Assembly: GCA_003971905.1 (NCBI GenBank)
Contig: RSEE01000030.1
Span: 372,001 to 436,000 of the forward strand
Origin: Moniliella sp. 'wahieum'
Lineage: Eukaryota
Reading direction: 5' to 3'
DNA: 64,000 nt
The position numbers and the translations under genes are program-made. The first letter of the stretch is position 1. Every line of letters begins with the position of its first letter. The notes under the pieces are model-generated. The model did no database searches. It was not told the DNA's origin and saw only the letters and a program-made list of their open reading frames with translations. Positions 27,900 to 40,318 of this stretch are shown in pieces.

Positions 27900-29496
27900 C
27901 CAACGTGCTCAGCACGCAGGCCCAGCCAGCAAGAAGACGAACAAAACCGGAATAAGAACTGTCTGCGATCGCGGGTAAAAAAATGGTGGGATCAAGATCG
28001 AGAACAGAACAGGAAAGAAAACAGGAACAAAAACAAGAGCAGGAGGAGCGTATCGTGGGTCGTTGGCAGGGTGGGCGTCATGGGGGGTATGGGACGAAAC
28101 GGGCAAGGTGGGCGGGCCAGGAGATCGGCGCGGGGGACGGTACATGCCCAAGGACAGATCTCCCATGGGCAACGCGATGGGATTGATCATACTGCGGTGC
28201 GGATGATGATGACTTGCGCTGCTCCGCCCCAACACATTGTAGGAGCGCATCGAGGCCAATCGGGCTTGCGTGCTGAGCATCTCGGGCACCTGGGGCAGCG
28301 GATCGGGGGTTGTGCGGACCCGCGGGGACAGCTCGTCCGAGTCCCTTGACTGTTCAAAGCAAATGGCAGGTCGGACCTATACAAAACGATCGGCTGGGTC
28401 AGTCCTACAGCACCAAGATAGCAAGTGCAATCAAGACAACGTACCAAAGCCAAAGGCTCTATCTTGCTCACTACCGCACACCGTTCTTCGCCCTGCCCGA
28501 TCGAGTAGTGGTACAGACCAAGGCGCTGAGCGACGAGGTACACTTGGCGCCGTTCGGCCGGCGTGAGTGACTTGGAGAATGTCAATTCGTCCCGCAGTCG
28601 GTCGTCCCGAAACAGGAGAACACGGGAGTAAATGTCGAGCGTGATGGGGTTGTTGAGATTGAGTTCGTCCCGGGGTACCTTATCGCACGCGCTGGGGAAT
28701 TGCTCTGTTCCGATCAAAGGCGGGAAAAAGGTGCCGCTCATAGGAGTGGTAGGGGAGGCGACGCTGGCCGAAGAGGGTGTCGGAGGTGCCGAACCGTCCT
28801 GGACCGACGAGACGACCGACTGCAAACGACGATGCCGCTCGCGCTGCTTCTCGATCTGGAGCGATTGCATTCGCTTGAGTGCTTTGGCCTTCTCGATCCG
28901 CTCCCTTTCTCCCTGCTGCAGCACGCGTTTGTGCTCGGCGCGCAGCTTGCGACCGGAAACGTCAAACCCATTCAGAGCGGCCACCGCTTGGTCCGCGTCC
29001 TCGGCAGCATGGAAATTGGCAAAGGCCAGCCCACGGAACTGGCCTTGATCGTAGTGGTAGTTGAACGCATAGGGCAATGGCAGATCCAGCTCGGCCATCA
29101 ACGAAGTGAGAGCTTCCTGGGGCAAGCTAAAGGGGATGTTCTTAATCACGATCGCGTTGGGAATCACGTCGGTCGGCTCTGGAGCCGGAGGAAGGGGAGC
29201 GGAATAGGAAGGCGATGCCAGCTGCCCCAGTGTATTGGCGGAGACCCTTGGAGGCGGCTGGGGCAGGCCCGTTCGAGAGGGGTGCGGGGCGGGGGGGCGA
29301 CGTAGTTGGTGCGTGTCGGGGCCGGCGCCCACATCGAACCGCGGGAAGCGGGGGCGGTGGAAGGAGGAGAGGGGAACGCCGTCGCTGAAGATGGGGATGG
29401 GGCGGGGACGGGAGATGTACGAGACGGAGGCGAACCCGTCCGTGTGCTGCTGCTGCAGCGGGGGCCGAGGGAGGGAGAAAGACTGGGGGTGGACAT
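27900..29496 (-). CDS. PIN4: RRM + R3H RNA-binding protein (Pin4/Cip1-like); intron 28444-28377; ends approximate
   Basis: RRM: IPNAIVIKNIPF..LPYAFNYHYDQGQFRGLAFANF..LNGFDVSGRKLRAEHKRVL. R3H: LNLNNPITLDIYSRVLLF..LTPAERRQVYLVAQRLGLYHYSIGQGEER. Confidence 0.88.
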
Positions 29497-31050
29497 GAGG
29501 GGTCGGTAGAAGAGGGGAGGTCGTCGGCGTGGCCGTTGTCGTAGCTCGTGGAAGTCGTCGTGGTCGTAAAGGGGGGGGGGGGGGTAGGGAAGGGCAGGGC
29601 AGACGGCCACAGCAGCAGCAGCAGCAGCAGGATGGTGGTGGGCGAAAGCCAAAGGCAGGCTGGGCAGACAGGTGGTGAGTTTGGGAGTTGGAGCAGGATG
29701 GAGCCGATGCGCGGTGCACCGAATAAGCTTTTGCCTGTGGCCCTCAGGCCTCCGTGCCTCAGGACTGGGCCTCAGGGCCGCAGTGAATCAGCGCACCATG
29801 TCGACAGCGCGACGCAGCAGGAGCCGCACCGTGCGGACGCTCCCCCCGTGCGGGGGCAGGGGCTTGCTTGGCGGCGGCAGGGGGCGGTGTGGAAGCCCCT
29901 GGCGATTGCGTTCTGCCCTGTGACTGCCTGCTGCTGCCCCGATGCCGAATTCGCTGCTGCTGCTGCTCGGCTGCCCCACCCGCGGCGCTGCAGCGGGGCA
30001 GTCCCCCCAGCGCCCCCGCCCCTGGCATGGTCACCGAGTACTGACTACGCTGAGCGGTGACCGGTGAGTACCTGAGTACTCCGACTCAGTCCGAAGCTTG
30101 AAGTATAGCTTGTCTCAGCGCCTCTCCGCCCTCGACCATCTCCGCCCCAAAGGGGCGGCCAAGGCGAACACTGCAATGATCGTGTCCTCAGGACTTGTAT
30201 ACACCCACCAGGACTCAGTACCAATACGGGTACGCTCAGTCTGGCCGCCTGATGGGTACGGGGCTGCGGCCTCCGTCTTCAGCTTGAGATGGCATTGACG
30301 GCGAACGTCGCGTTCTCCGCGGCCGTGGCACTGTTTTGTACCTTAAAAGGCTTGAAGCTATAGAGTACTGAGTACACAGAGTCCTGAGCTCAGGCGCTCA
30401 CGTCTCGGACTGAGCACCAGGTGCTGGGTAGCCCAATACTTGGGCCATGCAACGCCATGGTGCATGGACCGAGCGCCGAGGACCTGTTTGCAGGTCACCT
30501 GATCACCTGCATTGTCGATCCTGGATATACTACGGGCAGATGGGCCGACAGAGAATAGCAGAGCTGAGTCCCATATCCCAGCTGGCACAGAGGAAAAATG
30601 AGGGGAAAGGGCGGAGTAGGGCCTGAGCTGCAGTCCAGGGGGGGCACCAGGGCCTACCTGGGCCTATACTCGGACCTCTCAGAGCTCAACAGACGGAGAG
30701 TGCTAGTGTCGGTCCTGCTGAGCTTGCTCGGTGCTCCTGGCGATGGTCAGGTTGAGCCGGAGGCTAGGAGGGGGATGACCGATCGATGGTCAAGTTGAGA
30801 CTGGATATTGATGGATGAAGCCATGAAGTGGAGGCAAGCTTGAAGGAAGGAGAAGCTGCTGTCGAGAAAGAGTCGGCAGAGAGAAACGCAGTGGCGTGAC
30901 CTGGTGCGAGAATGTGGCATGCTGCCACGTGGCGCGCGCGTGACATCGTGTGATGTTGCATGTGATGTGCGATGTGCGATACAGGTGATGTTGAGGCACG
31001 CAGGCGGCGGTGGTGGCGTGTTGATACGTTGATACGGAGAGCGGGGAACG

Positions 31051-31114
31051 TGAACATTGAACGTTGAACATTGAACTTGAACGTTGAACGTTGAACTTCA
31101 ACATTGAACGTTCA
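31051..31114 (+). repeat. TGA-AC(G/A)T heptad tandem array in the PIN4/VCX1 divergent intergenic region
   Basis: TGA ACAT TGA ACGT TGA ACAT TGA ACT TGA ACGT TGA ACGT TGA ACT TCA ACAT TGA ACGT TCA. Confidence 0.9.
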
Positions 31115-31981
31115 GTTGAACCGTTGAAGTTGGATGCGGTGGATGACGTTGGTGGTGGATGATGCTGATGGGTGATGCATGTGTGGCATGTGGCCAGGGA
31201 GATGCGTGGGGGCTGATCGAACTGATCGATGAGCGCAGGGCTGAGCAGGGGGTGACATGTGATGGGTGTGATGGGCGCCGATGGATGGCGCGTGGGCGGT
31301 GGATACACGACCCAGGCAGGGCTGGCCCAGGTGGCCCAGGCACCGCAGATAGCAGCGCCCGCCAGCAGCCAGGCAGGCCACCCACGCGGCCGCAAGCACG
31401 GCATGTCCGGCATGGCATGGCCCTCGGGCTTTCTGCTCTCAGCCATCGGCCACCGGCCACCTGCATGCTGCCCTGCCCCCTGCTGCGCAACTGCGGCCTG
31501 CTGCCCCTCTTCCTGCCAGCCAATGCAAGGGCCATTCCCAGCCCACCCCCCCCGCACTTGCGCAGTGCAACCGTCCGTGCTCGCACTCAGCCAGGCGCGC
31601 TGGCGAGCGCCCACCGAAGCGAGCGACCCGGCGCAGCGCAGAGCTGCGGCCACGCGGCTGCGGCCCACTAGCACTGCGCCCGACGCTGAGGCTGAGCGCT
31701 GACTAGCTGACTGACTAGACTGCAGCGCACGCTGGCTCGCGCCCCCGCCTTCTCGTGCCTCGCTGGGCACCAGGCGCATCACTCTCTCCCCGTCACGCGT
31801 CACACCACCCTGCCCTCGCCCGCCACCATCTTCCCCATCCGCTTGCCTCCCTCCTCCTTCCTGCTGCTGCTGCTGCTGCCGCCTCTGCCCCTTCCCCCCC
31901 GCCCGCCCGCCCCCCCCCCATCCGGCACCATGCCGCTGCCTGCGCTTGCGGATGTCTTCCACCGCAGCCGCCCTGCCCGCC

Positions 31982-33539
31982 ATGCCACTGCCGACCCAAC
32001 AAACCGATGTCGAGAACCATGCTGCCGCCTCTCCCGCCATCCCCGTTCCCGCGCTCGGCAGCAACAACCCGTACCACCACATCGCCTCTCCACCTCTGTG
32101 CCCGCCGGTGCTTCTGACCTCCCCGCCCCCACCCGCCACCCCACGGCGACAGCATCTTGGCCAGCCACCGCTTGGGTCGCACTGTCACCGAGCTCCTCAC
32201 CCCCGATCGCCCCATCGCCCCTCCCCCTGGCCATTGGGACAGCATCAAGCACGTCATCTTCAGTAGCTGGCTCAACCTCCTCCTCCTTTGCATCCCCATC
32301 TCTTGGGCCCTCCACTTTGTCTTTGACTCCCAGGACAAGGGCTGCCGGATACCGACTCGACAAAAGAACCATGGCATCGCTGTCTTTGTCGTTTCTTTTT
32401 TGGCCATCATACCCCTGGCACAGCTCTTGTCGTTTGGCACCGAGGAGATTGCCTCCGGGTTGGTGACACACTTGGTGGTTTGATCAACGCCACCCTTGGC
32501 AACGCTGTTGAACTCATCACGGCCATCATTGCCCTATTCAGTGCCAGCTGGGCATTGTCCAAACATCGCTCGTGGGAAGTGTGTTGTCGAACCTGCTCCT
32601 TGTACTGGGTATGTGCTTCTTTGCCGGTGGCATCAAGTACAAAGAGCAACGCTTCCACTCCACCGCCGCCCAGCTCAACTCGAGTCTGCTTGTCATGGCT
32701 ACCCTCTCCGTCCTAACTCCAGCTGGGTACCATGCCATCTTAGGCCCAACATCCCCGATCCCTCTGAACGCCCCAAGGTACTGCAGTTTTCTCGTGGCGT
32801 CAGCGTAATTCTCCTTACCGTCTACATTGCCTACCTCTTTTTCACCCTCTCTTCGCACAAGTACATGTTCGAAGCGGGCTTCTCCCCTGAACCGATTCGA
32901 CGCTCGTCGGTTCCGATATACCGTCCAAAAAAATCGTCGAGGGAGAAGGTGAGTCGCACGCTCACACGCCCCGCTCGCTTCTGTCATGCATGACCCAGGC
33001 GAGGACGAGGACGAGGAGACGCCCAAATATCCGCTTGGGTTGCATTCGGCACACTCTGCGTTTCAACAGCCTTGGTGGGAGTAACGTGCGAGTGGCTCGT
33101 CGACTCAATCGATGCGGTGGCTGCGTCCGGCGCTCCCGCACCTGGATTGGGCTCATCATTCTGCCCATCGTTTCGAACGCGACGGAACATGTGACCGCCG
33201 TGACTGTGGCAGTCAAAAACAAAATGGACCTCTCCATGGGCGTGGCCGTTGGTTCCTCGATCCAGATCTCCATTTTCGTCATCCCTCTGTGTGTGGTGAT
33301 TGCATGGTGCGGGGACAAACCTCTGAGTCTTTTCTTTGATCCCTTTGTTTCCATCTTCCTCTTCCTCTCGGTTCTGATTGTCAACTCGGCCATTTCGGAC
33401 GGAAGGGCGAATTGGTTATCGGGGTACATCCTCATGTGCCTGGGTCATTGCCGCGGTCGTCTTTTGGTATGTACCCGACAACACGGATAATTATGGACTC
33501 TTTCCCGACTCGGGCCCTTTGTCGGTGTGCCACCACTAG
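31982..33539 (+). CDS. VCX1: Vacuolar Ca2+/H+ exchanger (CAX family)
   Basis: Motifs SWLNLLLLCIP, FLAIIPLAQLLSFGTEE, alpha-1 LINATLGNAVELI, GSVLSNLLLVLGMCFFAGG, SRGVSVILLTVYIAYLFF and alpha-2 ILPIVSNATEHVTAV..KNKMDLSMGVAVGSSIQIS. Confidence 0.93.
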
Positions 33540-34890
33540 CGCCCTCGGAATAACTCCCGCGCTGGTGTGCTATTCTTCAAGGACAATTTCTTCAATGGAC
33601 ACTGGTGGTGGGTGGATTCCCCTCCTTTGGAGGCCCACCTCTCCCTCCCTCTCTTTCGTCTGGTGGAAACTTCGCTTGCATTTGTTCTTACCCTTGCGTT
33701 TCCATACGCCCCTCTTCTGCGGACCTTTCTTATCTGTAATTGTACATTTCCCTCTCTCTCTCGTTTTCTGCATCTGCCCTCGGTGCACAAACAGAAGACG
33801 ATCTATACCTACTCTGCTGCATTGCTCCTTTCCTGGCAAATGCAACGAACAAGGTGAGGGGCACATATGCCGTTTCTTCACCTTCCTTGGGTCATACGGT
33901 CATTATGCATGCATTATGCGTTTTCACATCAAAGCGTGCACATATCCCCTTTCCGCGCCTCAGACTCATACACCGTAAGCCTCAGGACGATTGCGCGCCG
34001 GGACAAGGATCTCTGCCCCTTGATCCGAATGCATAATCCATGGCCCACAGATGAAAATGGGAGGCGCGTTTCCCGGCGTATATACGGTTTTATGTCGCCG
34101 GTAGGGGGAGTGATGTAGCGTGGCAGTTGGCACAAGGTAACGGAAACCCAGGAGTGCACAGGCGCACGGACCAAAAGCCAAGAAGTAGGAGGGCCGTTGA
34201 ATGTTGAACAGGCCAGGTCTGGGTTGGAGGAAGCTGGAGGGCGTACATACATATCAGCTGCAGGCCTGCAATCATGGATCAGATCTCAGATCTAGGGCCT
34301 CGGCCTGCTTCGGTCTGCTTGGTTCTGTGAAAGAAACGAGACGGTGTAGTACGCCTTTTTGGACGAGGCCGACGAGGCCATGAGAGTGGGGCAAAAAGCA
34401 TCGCCGGCAAAGCTTAACTACGCGGTGGGGGGTGGTGAGAGGTACTGAGAGGCACTGAGAGGCACTGGGGCCGAGGCCTGAGGGAGGCCTCTGCGAATTG
34501 GAATGGGCACGCCGCGCCCCCCGGTTGGTATTACTTACAACTGGGGCAGCCGAGTGTGTGCCCCCCAAACAGAAGAGAGAGTCAGCTGACTTGGTCTCTT
34601 TCATTCACGCCAAGTCGCAAGTGTGAGCCAATTATTGATTACCCCGCCCGCATTCAGAAAAAGTGGCGCTTTTGGGACCGCACTAGTGGGGTGTCCTTAT
34701 GTCCTTTGGCGTTAGGCCTGTGCGGCGGGTGACCCCCGTCGGTTACCCCGCCTTGGAGATTGAATATTGAGCTCGCTGTGGCGTTTAATGTTTTTAATCC
34801 CCACACCCCGCTCATCACGTCCTCCTTCACCACTACCCACACACACCACTACCCATCACCATCACCAGCAATACCCCTTTCCCACACCGC

Positions 34891-36524
34891 ATGGCAACCC
34901 CACCAGCCAGTTGGAGCGCATCATCCCAAGGATGGGTGCGCCCGTTAACACATGGCGAGCACCTGCTTTCCCTTCAGAGCGACGCCGAGCAGGGCGCCCT
35001 CGACTTTGTCCTTTCTCTCGCTGTGGCCCTACCGCCGCGCAGCGAAGAAGAGGTGCGCAACGCCTGGATTGACACCGTTTCCGTCTGCCCATCTTGGGTG
35101 TCAAGCTGACGGTACGCTTCTTCCCCTCCCCTTCCACTAAACGACGACGGTGAACCGAGCTCATGACCTATACTAATGGTATGTTTGCAGACCTCGGAGT
35201 ATAACACTCTCCAGTGGCTCTACCCACTACCACTCCGGCCCAGATCGATGCCTGGGCCGCGGACACCCTCACTTCGCTGTGTCTCCTACCTCTGAGGAAG
35301 CTACTCAGCAGGCTCGACAGGCTACTAACCAAGCTCTGGACCACAAGTCCACTACCCCTTTGGCGTGTCTCTCACTTTCATTTCATTGGCGACGGCAGCC
35401 GGGCCCACCTCGTGTTCCATGCCCGCCACGCTTGGTACGACGTTCAAGGAGTAGGTACGTTGTCCCTCAATCCACCTTGTTATGAGCTGGCACGATGGCT
35501 GACGCGCTGACGCGGCGTGGGCCATGCTATGGATTTTCATAACAGCTCCTTGGCAGGTGCCTTCCTTACATCTCTTACGTCCACATCTCCTCTCTCCCCC
35601 ATCTTTGGGGGGAGGAACTTACGCGGCTGCCCATTTCGGCCCAGCAAGCCCTGGACGAAGACATTGGTCCGGCCTCGCCCAAGCAGCGGGAGGAAGTCGA
35701 ATGTCGATGGGTTCCTTCTGACCATGGCCAACCAGTCGCATTACGGCTTACCGCTGCGCTCCTCGAGCGAGTGGAGTACGGTAGGAGACAACCGCTCGGT
35801 GCGACGCGTGGATCTAACTGCGGCCCAGACGCAAGAGTGATACAGGCAGCGGAAAAGCTCGAGATGAGCGTCACACCGCTCGTGGTGGCCTGTGCCTGCA
35901 TGCCTTGCAAGGACTCAACGAGCACGGAGAAGGGCACGTGATGTTGTCACTGTTAAATGCGCGACGCTGGTTGCCCCAGCGTGCTGTGGGGACAACAGGA
36001 TGCCCTCATGGCCTCCATGGGCCCGTCTTTCTTGGCTCTACCGACCTGGCGGATCAACCGGAGGAGACGGGCAAGAAGGCCGAGCTAGCTGGCCCCATGG
36101 GCCAGATCCTGCATACCGCACGCGAGTTGTCAGACAACCAAACTGAATTGCTTAATGGACCGAGGCCTGCGCCGCTGTGGGGCGCAGAGGAAGTGGTAAC
36201 GCGTCTCGAGGAAAGCAGCACGCCCCTCAATGTCGCTGCCCCGCCCCCCGATCCGCAACGGATCGTGTGTGTTCGAGCCTCGGCGTGATGGACAAGGGAG
36301 TCCAAGCGGTCCTGCCCACATTGGCGGATGTCACCGTGACTGGGTTCAGCGTCGATGTACGTCTCACGGCCGGGGTGTCGATGTTGCATATTTGGACTTG
36401 GGACGGGCGGATGACGGTGCAGGTGACGGCACCCAAGTGGTTTGATCCGCTCGCGACAGAGCGTGAAGCGGAAGAGACCGTTCGCCTCCTGCTTGCACTG
36501 TGTCATGATGTGCTAGGCCAGTAA
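34891..36524 (+). CDS. Probable CoA-dependent acyltransferase-fold protein (HxxxD)
   Basis: Collinear + strand fragments: GWVRPL..GEHLL at the N-terminus, HLVFHARHAWYDVQG (HxxxD), SSLGVMD, and MLHIWTWDGRMTVQV at the C-terminus. The family assignment is inferred. Confidence 0.55.
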
Positions 36525-36771
36525 GGGCGGCTGCAATGCCTTTTTTGCTACAGCCGCGGGAGTGTGTTGCGTTGGGCCACTGCTGGTCCGTTGAGAACAC
36601 ACTGTAATATGTGGAAACCTAGTATTTGTTCTAGAACAAGCAAGTGGAGGTTGGGGACGGCGGCGGTGACGGGAGTCTATTAGAGGGAATGCCAAGGGAA
36701 TAGAAGCACGGCCATCCATTAGGCATTTCCACAGCACAACGCATACAGAGGGCCCAGATGCAGAGTGGGTC

Positions 36772-39430
36772 TCAAGAGTCCGAAACATACCCCAGTGACA
36801 CGTCCTGCTCCTCTGCTGGGGGAACCTCCAGCGGACCGATATCAGCCTCGCCCGAGGCGAGGAGGCGGGCCCGCTCCATCTCCCATATATTAGCCAAGGA
36901 ACGAGTAAGGTTGAGCAGGCCCCAGAGGTAGCCCGAATCGGGTCCGTCCGGATGGGAGGGTGGGAAACAAACGACGGGGCGAGCGAGCCAAGCTGCTCGG
37001 GCCGCCACATCCGTAGGTCCAGGATCGTCAGGGTACCGCACATCCTGGCCAGTGGAGGAATGGGCAAAATCAATGATGCGGATCCTAATCTGCCCCCGGC
37101 CTGGATTCGACGGTGGGACCTCAAACGTCCAGCTGTGCTCATTGAGACACGGTGGTCAAACGCCTCTGAAGCCGATCCTGGACAGTGGAGTGGCCATCGT
37201 AGAGAAACAGAAGCGACGAGGCGTAAAAGCGGTAGCCATGGAGGGAACGCACGACCCTGGTTAGATCTCGAAGCTGCGACACCAGAGAAGGGATGTGATA
37301 AAGAAGAAGGCATTGGCCGTTGTGCAAAAACTTGGACAAGGCGTTGTCAAATTCGTTGGGGCGCCTTTCGGCCATAGTATTTGTCTTGGAAGGTGTAGAC
37401 CTCAGTCGCTGGGTGATAGACTTGCATGCCACAGATCCTCACCCCATGCGACGCGATGTGGTAGCCTCCACCTTGGCCGATTGCGAGGCCCGCTTGGCCT
37501 GAGTGGCATTCAGTCCGTACTGCCTCGTTCCCATCTTGAGGTCCAGAACGCACGGCGCGCGTAGCCGCCCCGTCAGGTCCTCCAATAACAAAAAACAGTC
37601 CGTTCGCTTCATACGGGGCCATGCCCCAGGTACCGTAGAGTCTTCCATGGGAAACACTTCACCGGACCGAGTGGGGTAGAGAGGGGCTCGCACTTGGTCA
37701 CGGGGCTTCCTCCAGCAGGGTAACAGGCGCAGACGTTTGGATGGTCTCGTCGTGACGGGTAGGGTGTTGGGCTCGGTCAGAGGAGTGAGCACGTAAGGGA
37801 GAAGGGCTGCGATGGGTACGGGCATGACGATGGTTACGTTGGTATGGGCCGGAAAACACCTCTCGAAGGACTTGCTCTTGTAATCGCAAGTTGACCGCCG
37901 TTTGCCCACGACCAAAACCAGAAGACTTCTCGGAGAAACTGAAAGGCCCCGCTGGCCCTAACGCTGCTGCAACATCCGAACGGTTACTTTTGATCCCAGG
38001 AGGCAACGGGGGCAATAAACAGGGAGTGGTGTGCTGATTGGGCCGAACATGCGCATCCTCACGGCTCTAATGGAGGGCCTTCACTGTTAATCAGAGGGAG
38101 AGAAAACATCGAAGGTGGCAAAAGGTGACGATTATTCTCGACAGCAACCAGGGGAATCTCCTCATCGTCCTTCTGCCCTTTGAATACCTTTCGTCGAGGT
38201 AGAGACGTGTGAGTTTGATGGGGGCGAGACGAAGTGATGTTCGTCATCGACACGGGGGTGGTAGGGTCATTTTGGAACACAGGACGGTAGGAGACGTTGA
38301 GAACGCCCAAGTAGCGTGGGACAAACTTGAGAAGCTGGCGACTTTCTTGTTCGAGAGCTTCATAAAAATGGTTTTCCTGGGAGACCAAGGCTTGCAGACT
38401 GCGTACTGAGAAACTGGAAGATGGAGCTATGCCCCCCAACTTGGTTGTGAAACGGCTGAAGTTCAATCACCGTGGGAGTAGACTCGGTCATCTCCCTCTC
38501 AGAATCCGAAAGGAGGGAAGAGGTGGTCGCCTCTGAAGGAGCCTTGTGGCCGTGGGATTGATCACACACGCTTCCTCGATCGGCCACGCGGTGATGAAGA
38601 GCCAGAGTCATGACTTTCAGAGTTTTCATCCCATTTGGGAAGGGAGAAACTCCAATTTGAATCCGAAAATGGGTCCTCTCGGTTCGGCGAGATGGGCCCA
38701 GGGTCGACTTCTGTTGCACTCCAAGAACTTGGACGATGAAGGGTTAGGCCGCAGTCAGAGTTTCGGACAGGCTAGAGGTCGCGATGCTAGAGGAAGGGGC
38801 GTATAAAGGTGATACGAGAGATTCTGAGTCCCGATTTGTCGTCCCCCAAAATGTGGATGCAGCTAGTGAAGCCTGGAGATTTGGGGAAGACAGACCCTGG
38901 GCTCCAGAGGATTCCGAAAAGCTGAAGGCTGACCGAGGCTTTGCGACCCGAGGCTTGGGGAATTGGTTGCGTCGGTTGTTCCGAGTACCGTCATAACTGT
39001 TAATGTCGCCACGTACACTGAAACGGTGGATCCTCTCCTATGAACCTCCGATCTGGGATGGAGCTGCGGAGGCTCAGACTGCAGCCGTAGGCACAGGTCA
39101 GAAGGAGTATACTAGCCAAGGGATGACACCTACCTTCTTCGGTGGATCAGTTGCAAGTGGTGCGAAAGGATCGCTGGGTAAAGAAACGTCCAATATTGTG
39201 CTCGGCATGCACGCCTGCAGAGACTTGGAGGGTGGAGGTTGCAGGCAGTGCGTCGCAGAGGCCGTCGACGAGCCCGAATTAGCACTGGAGTGGACACCGT
39301 CGCTCGGGTCGGTGCTAGTGCTGAGTCTAGCGGTGTCGAAAAGTGGACTGGCGTGGAAATCAGGCATAATAGTAGGGTCAGTCGGCTTAAGGGGATTGTC
39401 CTTCTGGCCTGAAGTGTACAAGGGCGCCAT
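36772..39430 (-). CDS. KCS1: Inositol polyphosphate (IP6) kinase, IPK family, with a long low-complexity N-terminus
   Basis: Motifs ELQPFHNQVGGH, ENHFYE..KFVPRYLGVLNV, FLLLEDLTGRLRAPCVLDLKMGTRQYG (PxxxDxKxG), YRFYASSLLFLYDG, LRIIDFAH and DSGYLWGLLNL. Confidence 0.92.
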
Positions 39431-40290
39431 GACGCTGCGCGTGCATCCCGTGTTGGGAGACAGTTGGATGAGGAGGAGTGGGTGGTTCGGATTTCAGTGG
39501 TACTCTTCGTGGTGACGGCGATGGAGGGCCGTTTTGAGAAGAGAACAGTGAGCGGAGATGATGATGATGAGGGGGTGGAAGAAAAAGCTTATTGTACAGT
39601 CGGAACCTGATATATACACAGCAATGCCCCTAATACAGGGCGGAGGCAATTTTGATGTTTTGTTGATGGCTATTATGTGACGTTTTCATTCTCTTGCGCT
39701 AGTAGTATCAAGCTTCCAAGCAAAATCCAGCCGCTGAGTGTTAGCCCATCGCATGTACGACTCGTACTGGGCGTACTGATATTGCTCGTTTTGAACGAGA
39801 ACGTTCGCACCTGAGATGCGCAAACGAAAGGGATTATAATGATAAGCACCCCCCCCTTCTCGTTCCACCCAGTACGAAGTGTACAGACCTGTCTGAGAAA
39901 TGGTTGCTTAAGGGGGAGATGGGGGCGGCTGAGCGTTGAGAAGGGATTGTGCCCAGCACTGCCTCTCCACACACCCTTTTTTGTCCTCAGCATGTTTGGC
40001 CGGACCCTCGGGGTGCGCCACAGCTACCGCTGTACGCGTTGCGGTGCCCGCGCAGCCTAACCCAGCACAACCCACTGTACAATCAGCACGTGGCCTATAT
40101 GTACGGTGACGAGGTGACCGATGTTCATTCAGTCCATCGAGTAAGTTCAGCACGTTCATCGAGTGTTTATCGATCACCATCCCCCCCGCAGCTCTCAATT
40201 CTTCTAGTGCGGGATGCCCACACTGCCGAACGTGCCCTCCGCAGAGGCACCGATCATCCAAGCAGGATGTATGACTAGTGTGACCTAGTG

Positions 40291-40318
40291 CTAGTGACCG
40301 GTGACCGGTGACCGGTGA
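40291..40318 (+). repeat. (TGACCGG)n heptad array
   Basis: CTAG TGA CCGG TGA CCGG TGA CCGG TGA. Confidence 0.9.

Noticed and set aside
29570..29630. Poly-G run and (CAG)n tract; similar C-runs and (CTG)n occur near 31860-31920
   Set aside because: Ordinary low-complexity 5'-region tracts, and homopolymer lengths are unreliable in this assembly.
31051..31114. Heptad arrays read as CRISPR or telomeric repeats
   Set aside because: Units are 7 nt with no unique spacers of CRISPR length, the host is eukaryotic, and the arrays are not TTAGGG-like or terminal.
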